NCBI GenBank assembly: GCA_019429305.1
Contig: JAHYIR010000003.1
Span: forward strand, 100,293-164,292
DNA length: 64,000 nucleotides
Reading direction: 5' to 3'
DNA from: Candidatus Cloacimonadota bacterium
GTDB lineage: Bacteria > Cloacimonadota > Cloacimonadia > Cloacimonadales > JAJBBL01
Positions 11,601 to 18,587 of this stretch are shown piece after piece (the stretch's first letter is position 1; every line of letters starts with the position of its first letter). The translations under genes and the position numbers were made by a program. A model generated the notes under the pieces. That model worked only from the letters and a program-made list of their open reading frames with translations. It did no database searches and had not been told where the DNA came from.

Positions 11601-11727
11601 TGGAATGGCTTCTTGGAATGTACTATCACGACATAATCAAATCTTAGCCCCGGGTGTTTATTTGTATTCTGTAAAAAATCACGCTAATGGAAAAATAAAA
11701 GTTGACAAGTTCGTCATCATTCAATAA
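8623..11727 (+). CDS. Large secreted protein of unknown function (1034 aa) with acidic DxDGDG motif and a divergent CTD-like C-terminal beta-sandwich
   Basis: Signal peptide (ILLSQVDVLHAAA). VDDDGDGLIDEDP at nt 9181-9216. Acidic run YNDDGDDNEDEDG. The C-terminus VVPNPYF...IKIYTLAGDLVDTI...GVYLYSVKN...KFVIIQ resembles a T9SS/FlgD-Ig type tail with insertions. I recognise no catalytic motif. Confidence 0.7.
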   Translation: MKFTKYVICIVLMILLSQVDVLHAAAIEQGDASRIMDVSQWHDVGNIWLRVSNFGFFGSGNYKPQWPSLEYPGGSGIDYLYLGSLWFGAKKVRRDIQGRKLYWSNWPPSDENDTIAEGDPNFDPIVHTQVVIDTLVAVGFDGDYDYSELLPAYFPFEQDLLGPEYGEYNPYDRIVSQSIRTQRAGVDDDGDGLIDEDPIGIAFPFRQADELPDEIAALGSLYLHEHDPAFQSQIIQNNLDIWFPLGFVDLGRDPSHGKYNYTMPYNDDGDDNEDEDGAPVSEQDYISYYYDYSPFSALGDPRHQERKSGSSAGQFVRYPLNIKVRQLSYQWSYEYIKNLVYVEFNITNMNPADTLYDCAMAIYMDCDVGPQAWDGDARSLDDVSGYVAGTGFEFAYTRDYDGDGGLTPGWIGARVCTPDPEQLEFACWVWTRGDGPNDRRPRRIPPLAGLVTSNEKYWLMTGRNPNEDYFRPLRPVGWTPDQNPWYEEPSPNDTRFLFAFYGDMQGTTNPTAGSWNLAPGKTMKIVVAVFPGENLDELKQTATWAKLIYGDAQDLESVILPDIFPHYIAPEPPNIPKMYAELANNGNRIDVYWDNRSEFTRDRMVVPSEQLGWQTFNPKWEDSYLYNYPNGIPIDEWPKEFRPPDPDDTDALNPNAVVNPWTANRLRHDFQGYSLYGRSGSGIQENWMLIDRWDKVETDQDLDDYVIAINPAAELNYDYGGYTGLDKGLPNPRIATEDDTQYYYLDEMYLLSSIEEGQTIYGYHLYDFTEYTYDDLIDIGNMNLTFEQEALIFMNPHDPQLTPSIYLELYDDSLIPLVGHGGQWVLNFYDINDPRPQPVQRDEKIYEMHKDRLARRFYRHYIDFPPKGIEYYVAVSAWDRGMPDFNLEPLESGRDADANMKVLFPGPEAQESMDNIYVVPNPYFGLSRFDGRREGDMKGDRSKRIWFVNLPERATIKIYTLAGDLVDTIEHYGAIEEDIINVSRAATHGLAASGMASWNVLSRHNQILAPGVYLYSVKNHANGKIKVDKFVIIQ

Positions 11728-11736
11728 GGAGGAGAA

Positions 11737-12774
11737 GTGAATAAACTATATATAATAATAGCTGTGATCGCTTTAATTCCTTGTCTCATGTTCGGGGCAA
11801 TATTTCCTAAAACAGGTACAGCGGGCTTACAATTCCTTAAATTAGGGGTTGATGCCCGTGCAATTGGAATGGGAGAAGCATATACTGCTGTCTCTGATGA
11901 TATCTCTTCAGTATATTGGAATCCTGCAGGATTAGCATTAACAACTAACAATCAGATATTGTTATCCCATACTAATTGGTTTGCTAATATCAACCATGAA
12001 TTCATTGCTGCCTCTAGATATACTTATTTTGGAGTCTTTGCCCTTAGTATATCATTTCTTCATATGGATCAAATGGATATAACAACCGAAGAGGTTTTTG
12101 GACCGACAGGAGAAACTTTCTCTCCTTATAATTTGGCTTTGGGATTCACCTATGCCAGTCAATTTACTGATCGTTTCGCTTTTGGTATGACAGGTAAATA
12201 TCTCAGAGAAAATTTAGGGTGGGAATCTCAACATACAGTCAATGGTTATTCTGTTGATATCGGCACTACCTACAATACAGGATGGAGAAATCTCAAGATT
12301 GGTATGTCTTTAAGGAACTTTGGGCCTGATCTGGAGTATACTATCGATAATGATGGTGATGGTCTCTTTGATGAAGATCCTTTTGACTTGATCGATAATG
12401 ATGGTGATGGCTTGGTAGATGAAGACCGAGAAGAATACCCTTTTAAGTTACCAATGAATTTCTCGCTCGGTATTGTTTTAGATCTGTATAGAAGCGGCAA
12501 TAATGTTTTGATAGCTTCTATGCAATTGGATAATTGTGTCGATAGACAAGAAACATGGAATATTGGTGCAGAATATAAATTAGGTGTCTTTGCTTTACGT
12601 GCGGGATATCAATTTAATTATGATGCAACTGAATATTCCTTTGGTCTTGGATGGAGAATACCAGTTAGTTTTGCTATAATCGATTTGGATTATGCTTATA
12701 CAGGCATGGGAGATCTCGAAGAGAGTGGTTTAATGTCAAAAGCACAAAGACTATCGTTGAAAATTCAATACTAA
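11737..12774 (+). CDS. PorV/PorQ (FadL-like) family outer-membrane beta-barrel protein with an acidic DNDGDG loop insertion
   Basis: GTG start 5 nt after AAGGAGG, signal peptide. N-terminal signature GLQFLKLGVDARAIGMGEAYTAVSDDISSVYWNPAGLA is typical of PorV/PorQ-type barrels. Alternating beta-strand pattern. Aromatic C-terminus ...LSLKIQY. Confidence 0.6.
   Translation: MNKLYIIIAVIALIPCLMFGAIFPKTGTAGLQFLKLGVDARAIGMGEAYTAVSDDISSVYWNPAGLALTTNNQILLSHTNWFANINHEFIAASRYTYFGVFALSISFLHMDQMDITTEEVFGPTGETFSPYNLALGFTYASQFTDRFAFGMTGKYLRENLGWESQHTVNGYSVDIGTTYNTGWRNLKIGMSLRNFGPDLEYTIDNDGDGLFDEDPFDLIDNDGDGLVDEDREEYPFKLPMNFSLGIVLDLYRSGNNVLIASMQLDNCVDRQETWNIGAEYKLGVFALRAGYQFNYDATEYSFGLGWRIPVSFAIIDLDYAYTGMGDLEESGLMSKAQRLSLKIQY
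12346..12429 (+). repeat. In-frame tandem duplication encoding DNDGDGL(F/V)DED (two copies, 48-nt period)
   Basis: gataatgatggtgatggtctctttgatgaagat at 12346 and gataatgatggtgatggcttggtagatgaagac at 12394. Confidence 0.85.
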
Positions 12775-12852
12775 TTTCGAACTGAATAGTTTCTATGAAT
12801 AACAGAACAAAAAAACCAATAAGAAAAAAAGTTATCCTAAAGGAGGATTAAG

Positions 12853-14913
12853 ATGAAAAAATCAGTATTAATCATCATTGCTGTTTTGTTAGCAGCGAGT
12901 TTTATTTATGCAGATTTAATGCAACCGACCAATCTGCTAACCGAAAAACCAGATAATGCTGTCCATCAAATAGTGGAGAGCAGTCGCAGAGATGCACCCG
13001 ATTATGCATTTGATGTTTTACCGCTAAACATTATGACAACATATTATGATTATTTTCCAGGTGCATATGAGTCCATTCCTATCCGTATTCAACCGACACC
13101 TGCCGGTATACACACAGGTGGCGGCATTTATATTGCCTTTCAAGCAACACCGGCTGCAGGTGGCACCAGAAGAGTATATTATGTATATATTCAAGACGGG
13201 AACATAACAAGTGGACCCGGATTAATTGACGGAACTGCTACTTTAGCAGAAGGATTTCCTGGTATCGATATCGACTGGGAAACTGGTGATCCTTTCGTTT
13301 CTTGGCATACACCTGATCCCAGTAACCCAACTTTCTATACCTGCCCAGTAACTTTTGACCGCTATGACATGATCGGTATTCCCGGTCTTTGGGAAACACC
13401 TTATGGTGTTATTCTCAATCCTTATGATATTGGTCCCGAACAAGATCAAGAATTTATCTGGCCTTCTGTCTATATAGGACCTTCTCCTAATCCCGGTCAA
13501 AGAAGAGTTTATGTGGCAGCCCGAAATTTCACTAGCAACTTATCGGGTTACCCTTGTGAAAACTCAATGATCGCTTTTGCCGATTTCACAGATCCTACTG
13601 ATTTGGAAACTTATAATGAAGATGACTGGACATATGTTACAATTCCACAACTTGATACATGGCGTCAACAAAACATCCGAACTTTCAGAGCAATGATCGT
13701 ATCTAAAACAGACGGTCATGTTGGTATTTTTGGTCATTCGGTAGATCTCGATTCAGAAGAACCTTTTACTCCCAATGAAGTACTTTTTTTACTGGAAAAC
13801 GATAACTATGGTGAAGGCGAATGGACTATGTATACCTCAGACCCGACTATAATGGTAGAAAATCCTGATGACTACTTTGAGAGTGACAGCAATACACCTT
13901 ATCAAGATATGCGATATTCTCCCTATGTTAATCGTTCTGGTGTAGCTATCGACGAACAAGGCAATTATCACTTCTTAGCAGTGTATTCATTATCTACTGA
14001 AGAAAACACCTGGTATCCTTATTTTACAACTACTAAACATATAAAATTCCATCGCGACACAGAACAAATTACAATAAATGACATGTATCCTAGAAATGAG
14101 GATGGATCTTTGTACTTACCATGGAGTATTCCACCAGAGTTTGATGATGATGGTTTCTTGCTGACTTATGCCAGCTATCCAGTTTATTGGTATGGAAATG
14201 ATGATCTTTTCCATGAAAATTATCATAGAATTATTCAGAATGGACCGTACATGGTTGCCCTCTTCCAAGTGAGTACAAAGGCAAAATTGTTTAATGACGC
14301 CGGTGATGCTCAATATGCAGACTGGGCAAGCGTTCCAGAAACCTACATTGTAATTTCTGGTGATTATGGTGAGACTTGGTCTGAACCAATAATTCTTAAT
14401 GCTATTGAAACTCCTGAATTAGCTGGTTTGATACCAACTTATTGGTATATATCAGATCATATGGAAGATCTTGGCAATGACTGGTTTAGATTGCACTTCT
14501 TCTTTTTAGATCAGGAAGATTATGGTTCTTCAGTACAGGGTAACAGTCCTGTAACAGGTGGAAGAACGATGTACACATCTATCGATATCGATTTCGGACC
14601 GGTAAGTGTTGATGATGGTCAAGTAGCAGTAAATCCAGCTCAGATGTTAAGACAGAACTACCCGAATCCTTTCAATCCATCAACCACAATTAGCTTCAAT
14701 CTTCCTTCAGCTTCCAGAGTTAATCTGGAGATTTATAACGTGAAGGGACAGCTTGTTAAAACACTACTTGATGATAACAGACCAGCTGGAGAGCATAGTG
14801 TTGTTTGGAATGGAACCGATAACAATAGTAGATCAGTAGGTAGTGGAGTTTATTTCTACAGACTAACTACCGATAATGATTCAGAAATGAGAAAGATGCT
14901 CTTGGTTAAATAA
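12853..14913 (+). CDS. Secreted protein with BNR/Asp-box motif and T9SS C-terminal sorting domain
   Basis: Signal peptide. One clear Asp-box SGDYGETW (nt 14355-14378). 88-aa C-terminal tail LRQNYPNPFNPSTTISFNLP...GVYFYRLTT...MLLVK. Confidence 0.8.
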   Translation: MKKSVLIIIAVLLAASFIYADLMQPTNLLTEKPDNAVHQIVESSRRDAPDYAFDVLPLNIMTTYYDYFPGAYESIPIRIQPTPAGIHTGGGIYIAFQATPAAGGTRRVYYVYIQDGNITSGPGLIDGTATLAEGFPGIDIDWETGDPFVSWHTPDPSNPTFYTCPVTFDRYDMIGIPGLWETPYGVILNPYDIGPEQDQEFIWPSVYIGPSPNPGQRRVYVAARNFTSNLSGYPCENSMIAFADFTDPTDLETYNEDDWTYVTIPQLDTWRQQNIRTFRAMIVSKTDGHVGIFGHSVDLDSEEPFTPNEVLFLLENDNYGEGEWTMYTSDPTIMVENPDDYFESDSNTPYQDMRYSPYVNRSGVAIDEQGNYHFLAVYSLSTEENTWYPYFTTTKHIKFHRDTEQITINDMYPRNEDGSLYLPWSIPPEFDDDGFLLTYASYPVYWYGNDDLFHENYHRIIQNGPYMVALFQVSTKAKLFNDAGDAQYADWASVPETYIVISGDYGETWSEPIILNAIETPELAGLIPTYWYISDHMEDLGNDWFRLHFFFLDQEDYGSSVQGNSPVTGGRTMYTSIDIDFGPVSVDDGQVAVNPAQMLRQNYPNPFNPSTTISFNLPSASRVNLEIYNVKGQLVKTLLDDNRPAGEHSVVWNGTDNNSRSVGSGVYFYRLTTDNDSEMRKMLLVK
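14647..14910 (+). other. T9SS-type C-terminal sorting domain (CTD) of the 686-aa protein
   Basis: NYPNPFNP...ISF...LEIYNVKGQLV...WNGTDNN...SGVYFYRL signature. Confidence 0.8.
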
Positions 14914-14970
14914 GAGTACATACTCGTAATAGTTTAATAAATCTCTTGAAAAAATAGAGTAAGCCATGAA

Positions 14971-14999
14971 GGGATGGGTTTTCACCCATCCCTTTTTTT
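14971..14999 (+). terminator. Rho-independent terminator closing the 3.2-14.9 kb gene string
   Basis: GGGATGGGT-tttc-ACCCATCCC hairpin followed by T7. Confidence 0.85.
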
Positions 15000-15132
15000 A
15001 TCAAAGTACAGAATTATATTGAAACGTAGATAAAAGATACATAGAAAACAAGAAAGATATGTTTTTTTCTCAATTCTTTAGCAACCTTTTTTTTCATTCA
15101 TTTCTACTCCACTAACTGAGCACAAAAAACGG

Positions 15133-15163
15133 TTAAGATTTCTTGACATATAGAATATATAAT
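15133..15163 (+). promoter_or_regulatory. Candidate sigma70-type promoter for the GLUG-repeat gene
   Basis: TTAAGA-N17-TATATAAT. A nearby TTGACA is only 9 nt from TATAAT, so it is not the -35. Confidence 0.25.
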
Positions 15164-15299
15164 GGTTTCTTGGTAAATAATGATAACATCATTAAATAGC
15201 TTGATGCGATAGCTTATTAAGTGTGTTAAAAACCAATTAATGAGTTAGGGAACTAAAGTTGAATTATAAATGTAATCGACATAGAGTTAAGGAGGATTA

Positions 15300-18200
15300 A
15301 TGATTAGCAATAAAGGGATTAAGTTAAATACTTGGGTAATAATGATATTACTATTTTTATTTACATTGAGTTTATCCGCGCAGGTATTAAGAGAAGAATT
15401 CCCCCCCCCCACAGATTTGGAAGTTGTTGAAGTAGGAGACAGGTATGTAGAATTGGGATGGAGTGCTCCAGCTGCCATGAGGGGTGATTTAGATCGTTTT
15501 AATAGATCTTTAGAAGGGTATAATGTTTATAGAGACGGAGAACAGATCGACCTGGAAGAATTAATTACTGTTACTACATATGAAGATACCGATATATTAA
15601 ATGATTATACCTATCAATATTATGTTACGGCTGTATATACAGATGGTGAATCAGAACCATCAAACATAGTTGAAGCAACACCTTTTACTCCCTATTTTGC
15701 CAGTGGTTCTGGAACAGAAGATCATCCATATATTATTGAAACAGCCGAGCATTTATACAATATTAGGTTGTATTTAGCAGAAGATAGTAGAGATGATGAA
15801 GATGATGAAGAGGTCGAAGTAATCTATTGGATGCAAGCCAATGATATCGACATGTTGCCTATAACTAATCCTGATGAAGTACCAGAATGGCAAAATGACA
15901 TCGAATATGAAAAGGGAGATTTTGTTAGATATTTTACGGCAACCCCTGCCCCTCCGGGAGACCATACGTTTATGTGTATAAATCCTCCTACAAGCCATCA
16001 AGTTCCGACAAATACTAATTTTTGGCTACGAGTATGGAGAACTTCCCAGGGCTGGCTCCCTTATGGAACAGAAGCAGAGAGTTTTCAAGGTACTTATGAT
16101 GGAAACGGTAACACTATAAACGGTTTGTTTATTAATCGTGACGCAAATATACAAGGATTGTTTGGCTACGTTGATGGGGGTAAGGTAGTAAATTTAGGAC
16201 TACCCAATGCCAATATTACAGGTAGATTTAATGTTGGAGGTTTCTTTGGTTATAGTAGAAATTCAGCTATGATCGATAACTGTTACATCACCGGTAGCGT
16301 AGCAGGTACACTTGACAATGTTGGTGGATTAATAGGATTTAGTGAAATAAATAGTCATATCACCAATAGTTATAGCAGCAGTAATGTAAGTGGTAGAAGT
16401 CGTGTTGGTGGATTAGTCGGCAGGAATAGAGATAATTGTAACATCGACAATAGTTATTCTACAGGTAATGTGTCAGGAACGATGAACTATGTGGGAGGTC
16501 TGATAGGATTGAATGAGAGAGAATCTCATATTAGCAATAGTTATGCAACAGGCATTATATCTGGTGAAAGAGATTATATTGGAGGGTTAATAGGTCAAAA
16601 CGAAATAGATTCTAATATAATTGACTGTTATAGCACGGGAGATGTGATCGGTCTAAAAGAGGATGTAGATGAAGAAATACTTGGAAGTAATTATGTTGGT
16701 GGCCTTATTGGAAATAACATGATTGATTCAGCTATCATAAATTCATACAGTATCGGCGATGTTGTAGGTGAGTGGTATGTGGGTGGTCTGATCGGAAGAA
16801 ATGAAATTGATTCTGTAGTTTTTGACTGTTACAGTAATGGTAGTATAGATGGAGGTTGGTATGTTGGTGGTCTTATTGGTTGGAATGAAGCTAATTCATT
16901 AATCAGTCAATCTTTTAGTTCCTCTGATGTAGTAGGAGATGAGTTTTTGGGTGGTCTTGTAGGTCATAATTGGTCATCCAGAATAGATGATAGTAATAGC
17001 AATGGTGATGTAAGCGGGTACTCTCATTTAGGGGGTCTTGTTGGCTTCAACAGATCATACTCGTCAATACATAATTGCTATAGTACAGGAAATGTAACCG
17101 GTGGGGAAGATTTTGTCGGTGGTTTGGTAGGTATAAATAGTAATTCTATCATAAGTAAAAGTTACAGTACAGGCAATGTATCGTCAGATGGTCATAGAAT
17201 TGGAGGCTTAGCAGGTGTTAACTGGTACTCTTCAACGATAAGCAATTGTTACAGCATAGGGAATGTTGATGGTAATAATTATGTCGGTGGATTGGTAGGA
17301 TTCAATTTTGATTCTTTGGTTGATTACAGTTATAGTATTGGTCAAGTAGTAGGAGCGGGAGAATTTATCGGTGGTTTAATTGGGCAGAACTGGGATGACC
17401 CAGGCAGCAGATTTGTGGGTAATAGTTATTGGAATGTTGTAACTTCCGGACAAACAACAAGTGACGGAGGAGAAGGAAGAACAACTGAGGAGATGACCTA
17501 TCCTTATGCTGATAATACTTATATTGGCTGGTATTTTTCAAATATCTGGGGAGCTGATGTTGATTATACTATTAATAATGGTTATCCCCATCTACTATTT
17601 ATGAAAACCCCTCTACCTGCAATAGCAATCTATCCTGAGAATGAGGCAAACGAGATTCCTGTTGATCTTGTTGTCTTAGAATGGGAACTTGATCCGAATA
17701 CCATATATGAATATCCTGAACCAGAAGGCTATTTGTTTGCTTTCTGGGAATCTGATGAAAATGCACCTTCAATTGTAGATATGGAAGATGTTGGAATTGC
17801 CACTACCTATGAAGTTACAGAGCTGGAATACGATAAGGAATATAACTGGCAGGTCATCCCATATATTGTTTTAGAGAATGGAGAAAGATATATTGTTACT
17901 TCCAAGACTCACACAAAATCAGTAAGTGAGACCAGAAGAGTTCTTGAAGATAATTATCTACTTACTGGAGGTTGTCGAATATGGAAGTTTAGGACAGAAG
18001 AAGATTTATCTCTTGATGAAACAGAACTTCCTTTCGTAACTGAACTACGAGGTAACTATCCCAATCCGTTCAATCCAGAGACAAAGATTGTTTTTACCCT
18101 TGCCCAAGCTAGTAATATCAGTATTGAGATCTTCAATATTCGTGGGCAGCGAGTTAAGAGTTTGATCAATGACCATTACGATATGGGATTTCATGAAATA

Positions 18201-18311
18201 GTCTGGGATGGCAGTAACGATTCTGGAAAAACTGTCTCTTCAGGCATTTATTTCTACAAGATGACTACACATGACTACAATAAAGTCAACAAGATGATGC
18301 TACTGAAATAA
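15300..18311 (+). CDS. Surface protein: signal peptide, Fn3-like domain, about 14-15 GLUG-motif repeats, Ig-like domain, T9SS CTD
   Basis: AGGAGG RBS. Fn3-like PPPTDLEVVEVGDRYVELGW...YYVTAVYTDGESEPS. Repeats xVGGLIGxNxxxSxIxNSYSTGNVSG. C-terminal LRGNYPNPFNPETKIVFTL...GIYFYKMTT...MMLLK. Confidence 0.85.
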   Translation: MISNKGIKLNTWVIMILLFLFTLSLSAQVLREEFPPPTDLEVVEVGDRYVELGWSAPAAMRGDLDRFNRSLEGYNVYRDGEQIDLEELITVTTYEDTDILNDYTYQYYVTAVYTDGESEPSNIVEATPFTPYFASGSGTEDHPYIIETAEHLYNIRLYLAEDSRDDEDDEEVEVIYWMQANDIDMLPITNPDEVPEWQNDIEYEKGDFVRYFTATPAPPGDHTFMCINPPTSHQVPTNTNFWLRVWRTSQGWLPYGTEAESFQGTYDGNGNTINGLFINRDANIQGLFGYVDGGKVVNLGLPNANITGRFNVGGFFGYSRNSAMIDNCYITGSVAGTLDNVGGLIGFSEINSHITNSYSSSNVSGRSRVGGLVGRNRDNCNIDNSYSTGNVSGTMNYVGGLIGLNERESHISNSYATGIISGERDYIGGLIGQNEIDSNIIDCYSTGDVIGLKEDVDEEILGSNYVGGLIGNNMIDSAIINSYSIGDVVGEWYVGGLIGRNEIDSVVFDCYSNGSIDGGWYVGGLIGWNEANSLISQSFSSSDVVGDEFLGGLVGHNWSSRIDDSNSNGDVSGYSHLGGLVGFNRSYSSIHNCYSTGNVTGGEDFVGGLVGINSNSIISKSYSTGNVSSDGHRIGGLAGVNWYSSTISNCYSIGNVDGNNYVGGLVGFNFDSLVDYSYSIGQVVGAGEFIGGLIGQNWDDPGSRFVGNSYWNVVTSGQTTSDGGEGRTTEEMTYPYADNTYIGWYFSNIWGADVDYTINNGYPHLLFMKTPLPAIAIYPENEANEIPVDLVVLEWELDPNTIYEYPEPEGYLFAFWESDENAPSIVDMEDVGIATTYEVTELEYDKEYNWQVIPYIVLENGERYIVTSKTHTKSVSETRRVLEDNYLLTGGCRIWKFRTEEDLSLDETELPFVTELRGNYPNPFNPETKIVFTLAQASNISIEIFNIRGQRVKSLINDHYDMGFHEIVWDGSNDSGKTVSSGIYFYKMTTHDYNKVNKMMLLK
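15401..15410 (+). repeat. C10 homopolymer inside the CDS (codons 34-37, F-P-P-P)
   Basis: ttCCCCCCCCCCaca read directly. Located about 6 codons after the predicted signal-peptide cleavage site (LSLSA/Q). Confidence 0.95.
16150..17460 (+). repeat. Coding tandem-repeat array (GLUG motif, about 69-75 nt period)
   Basis: 14 GG(L/F)xG cores in the translation at 23-25 aa spacing, plus a degenerate first unit. Confidence 0.8.
18045..18308 (+). other. T9SS-type C-terminal sorting domain (CTD) of the GLUG protein
   Basis: 88-aa tail colinear with the CTD at 14647-14910. Confidence 0.8.
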
Positions 18312-18344
18312 ACTACTAAATATAATCATTAAATATATCTTTCA

Positions 18345-18368
18345 AGAGGCAGTCTTAAGACTGCCTCT
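18345..18368 (+). terminator. Stem-loop terminator after the GLUG gene
   Basis: AGAGGCAGTC-ttaa-GACTGCCTCT perfect 10-bp stem. The downstream tract is AT-rich rather than a clean T-run. Confidence 0.6.
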
Positions 18369-18509
18369 ATATTTATATACGAGAAGAAGAAAATAAGTCA
18401 TTATTACAAGAAATTAAATCTGATACTAGATATATATGGTTGTTTTAAGTATCAAGAGCTTCCGAATAGTTAGCATAACATTTGGTTAAAGAAAAAAGGA
18501 TATTTTTTA

Positions 18510-18538
18510 TTGACTAAATCGTTCTCCATTTATATTTG
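18510..18538 (+). promoter_or_regulatory. Candidate promoter of the 18588 lipoprotein gene
   Basis: TTGACT-N17-TATTTG (or N15-TATATT). Confidence 0.3.
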
Positions 18539-18587
18539 AAACACTATGAATTATAATATTAACTGTCATATAGTTAGGAGGAAACAG

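Noticed and set aside
14212-14226. HENYH (HExxH) in the 686-aa CTD protein as a zinc-metalloprotease site
   Set aside because: The flanking residues (FHENYHRI) lack the usual hydrophobic and small-residue context, and no third ligand motif is evident. It is likely a chance match.
15143-15163. TTGACA and TATAAT hexamers upstream of the GLUG gene
   Set aside because: The spacer is only 9 nt, so the pair cannot be a canonical sigma70 promoter. An alternative TTAAGA-N17-TATATA is listed at low confidence instead.
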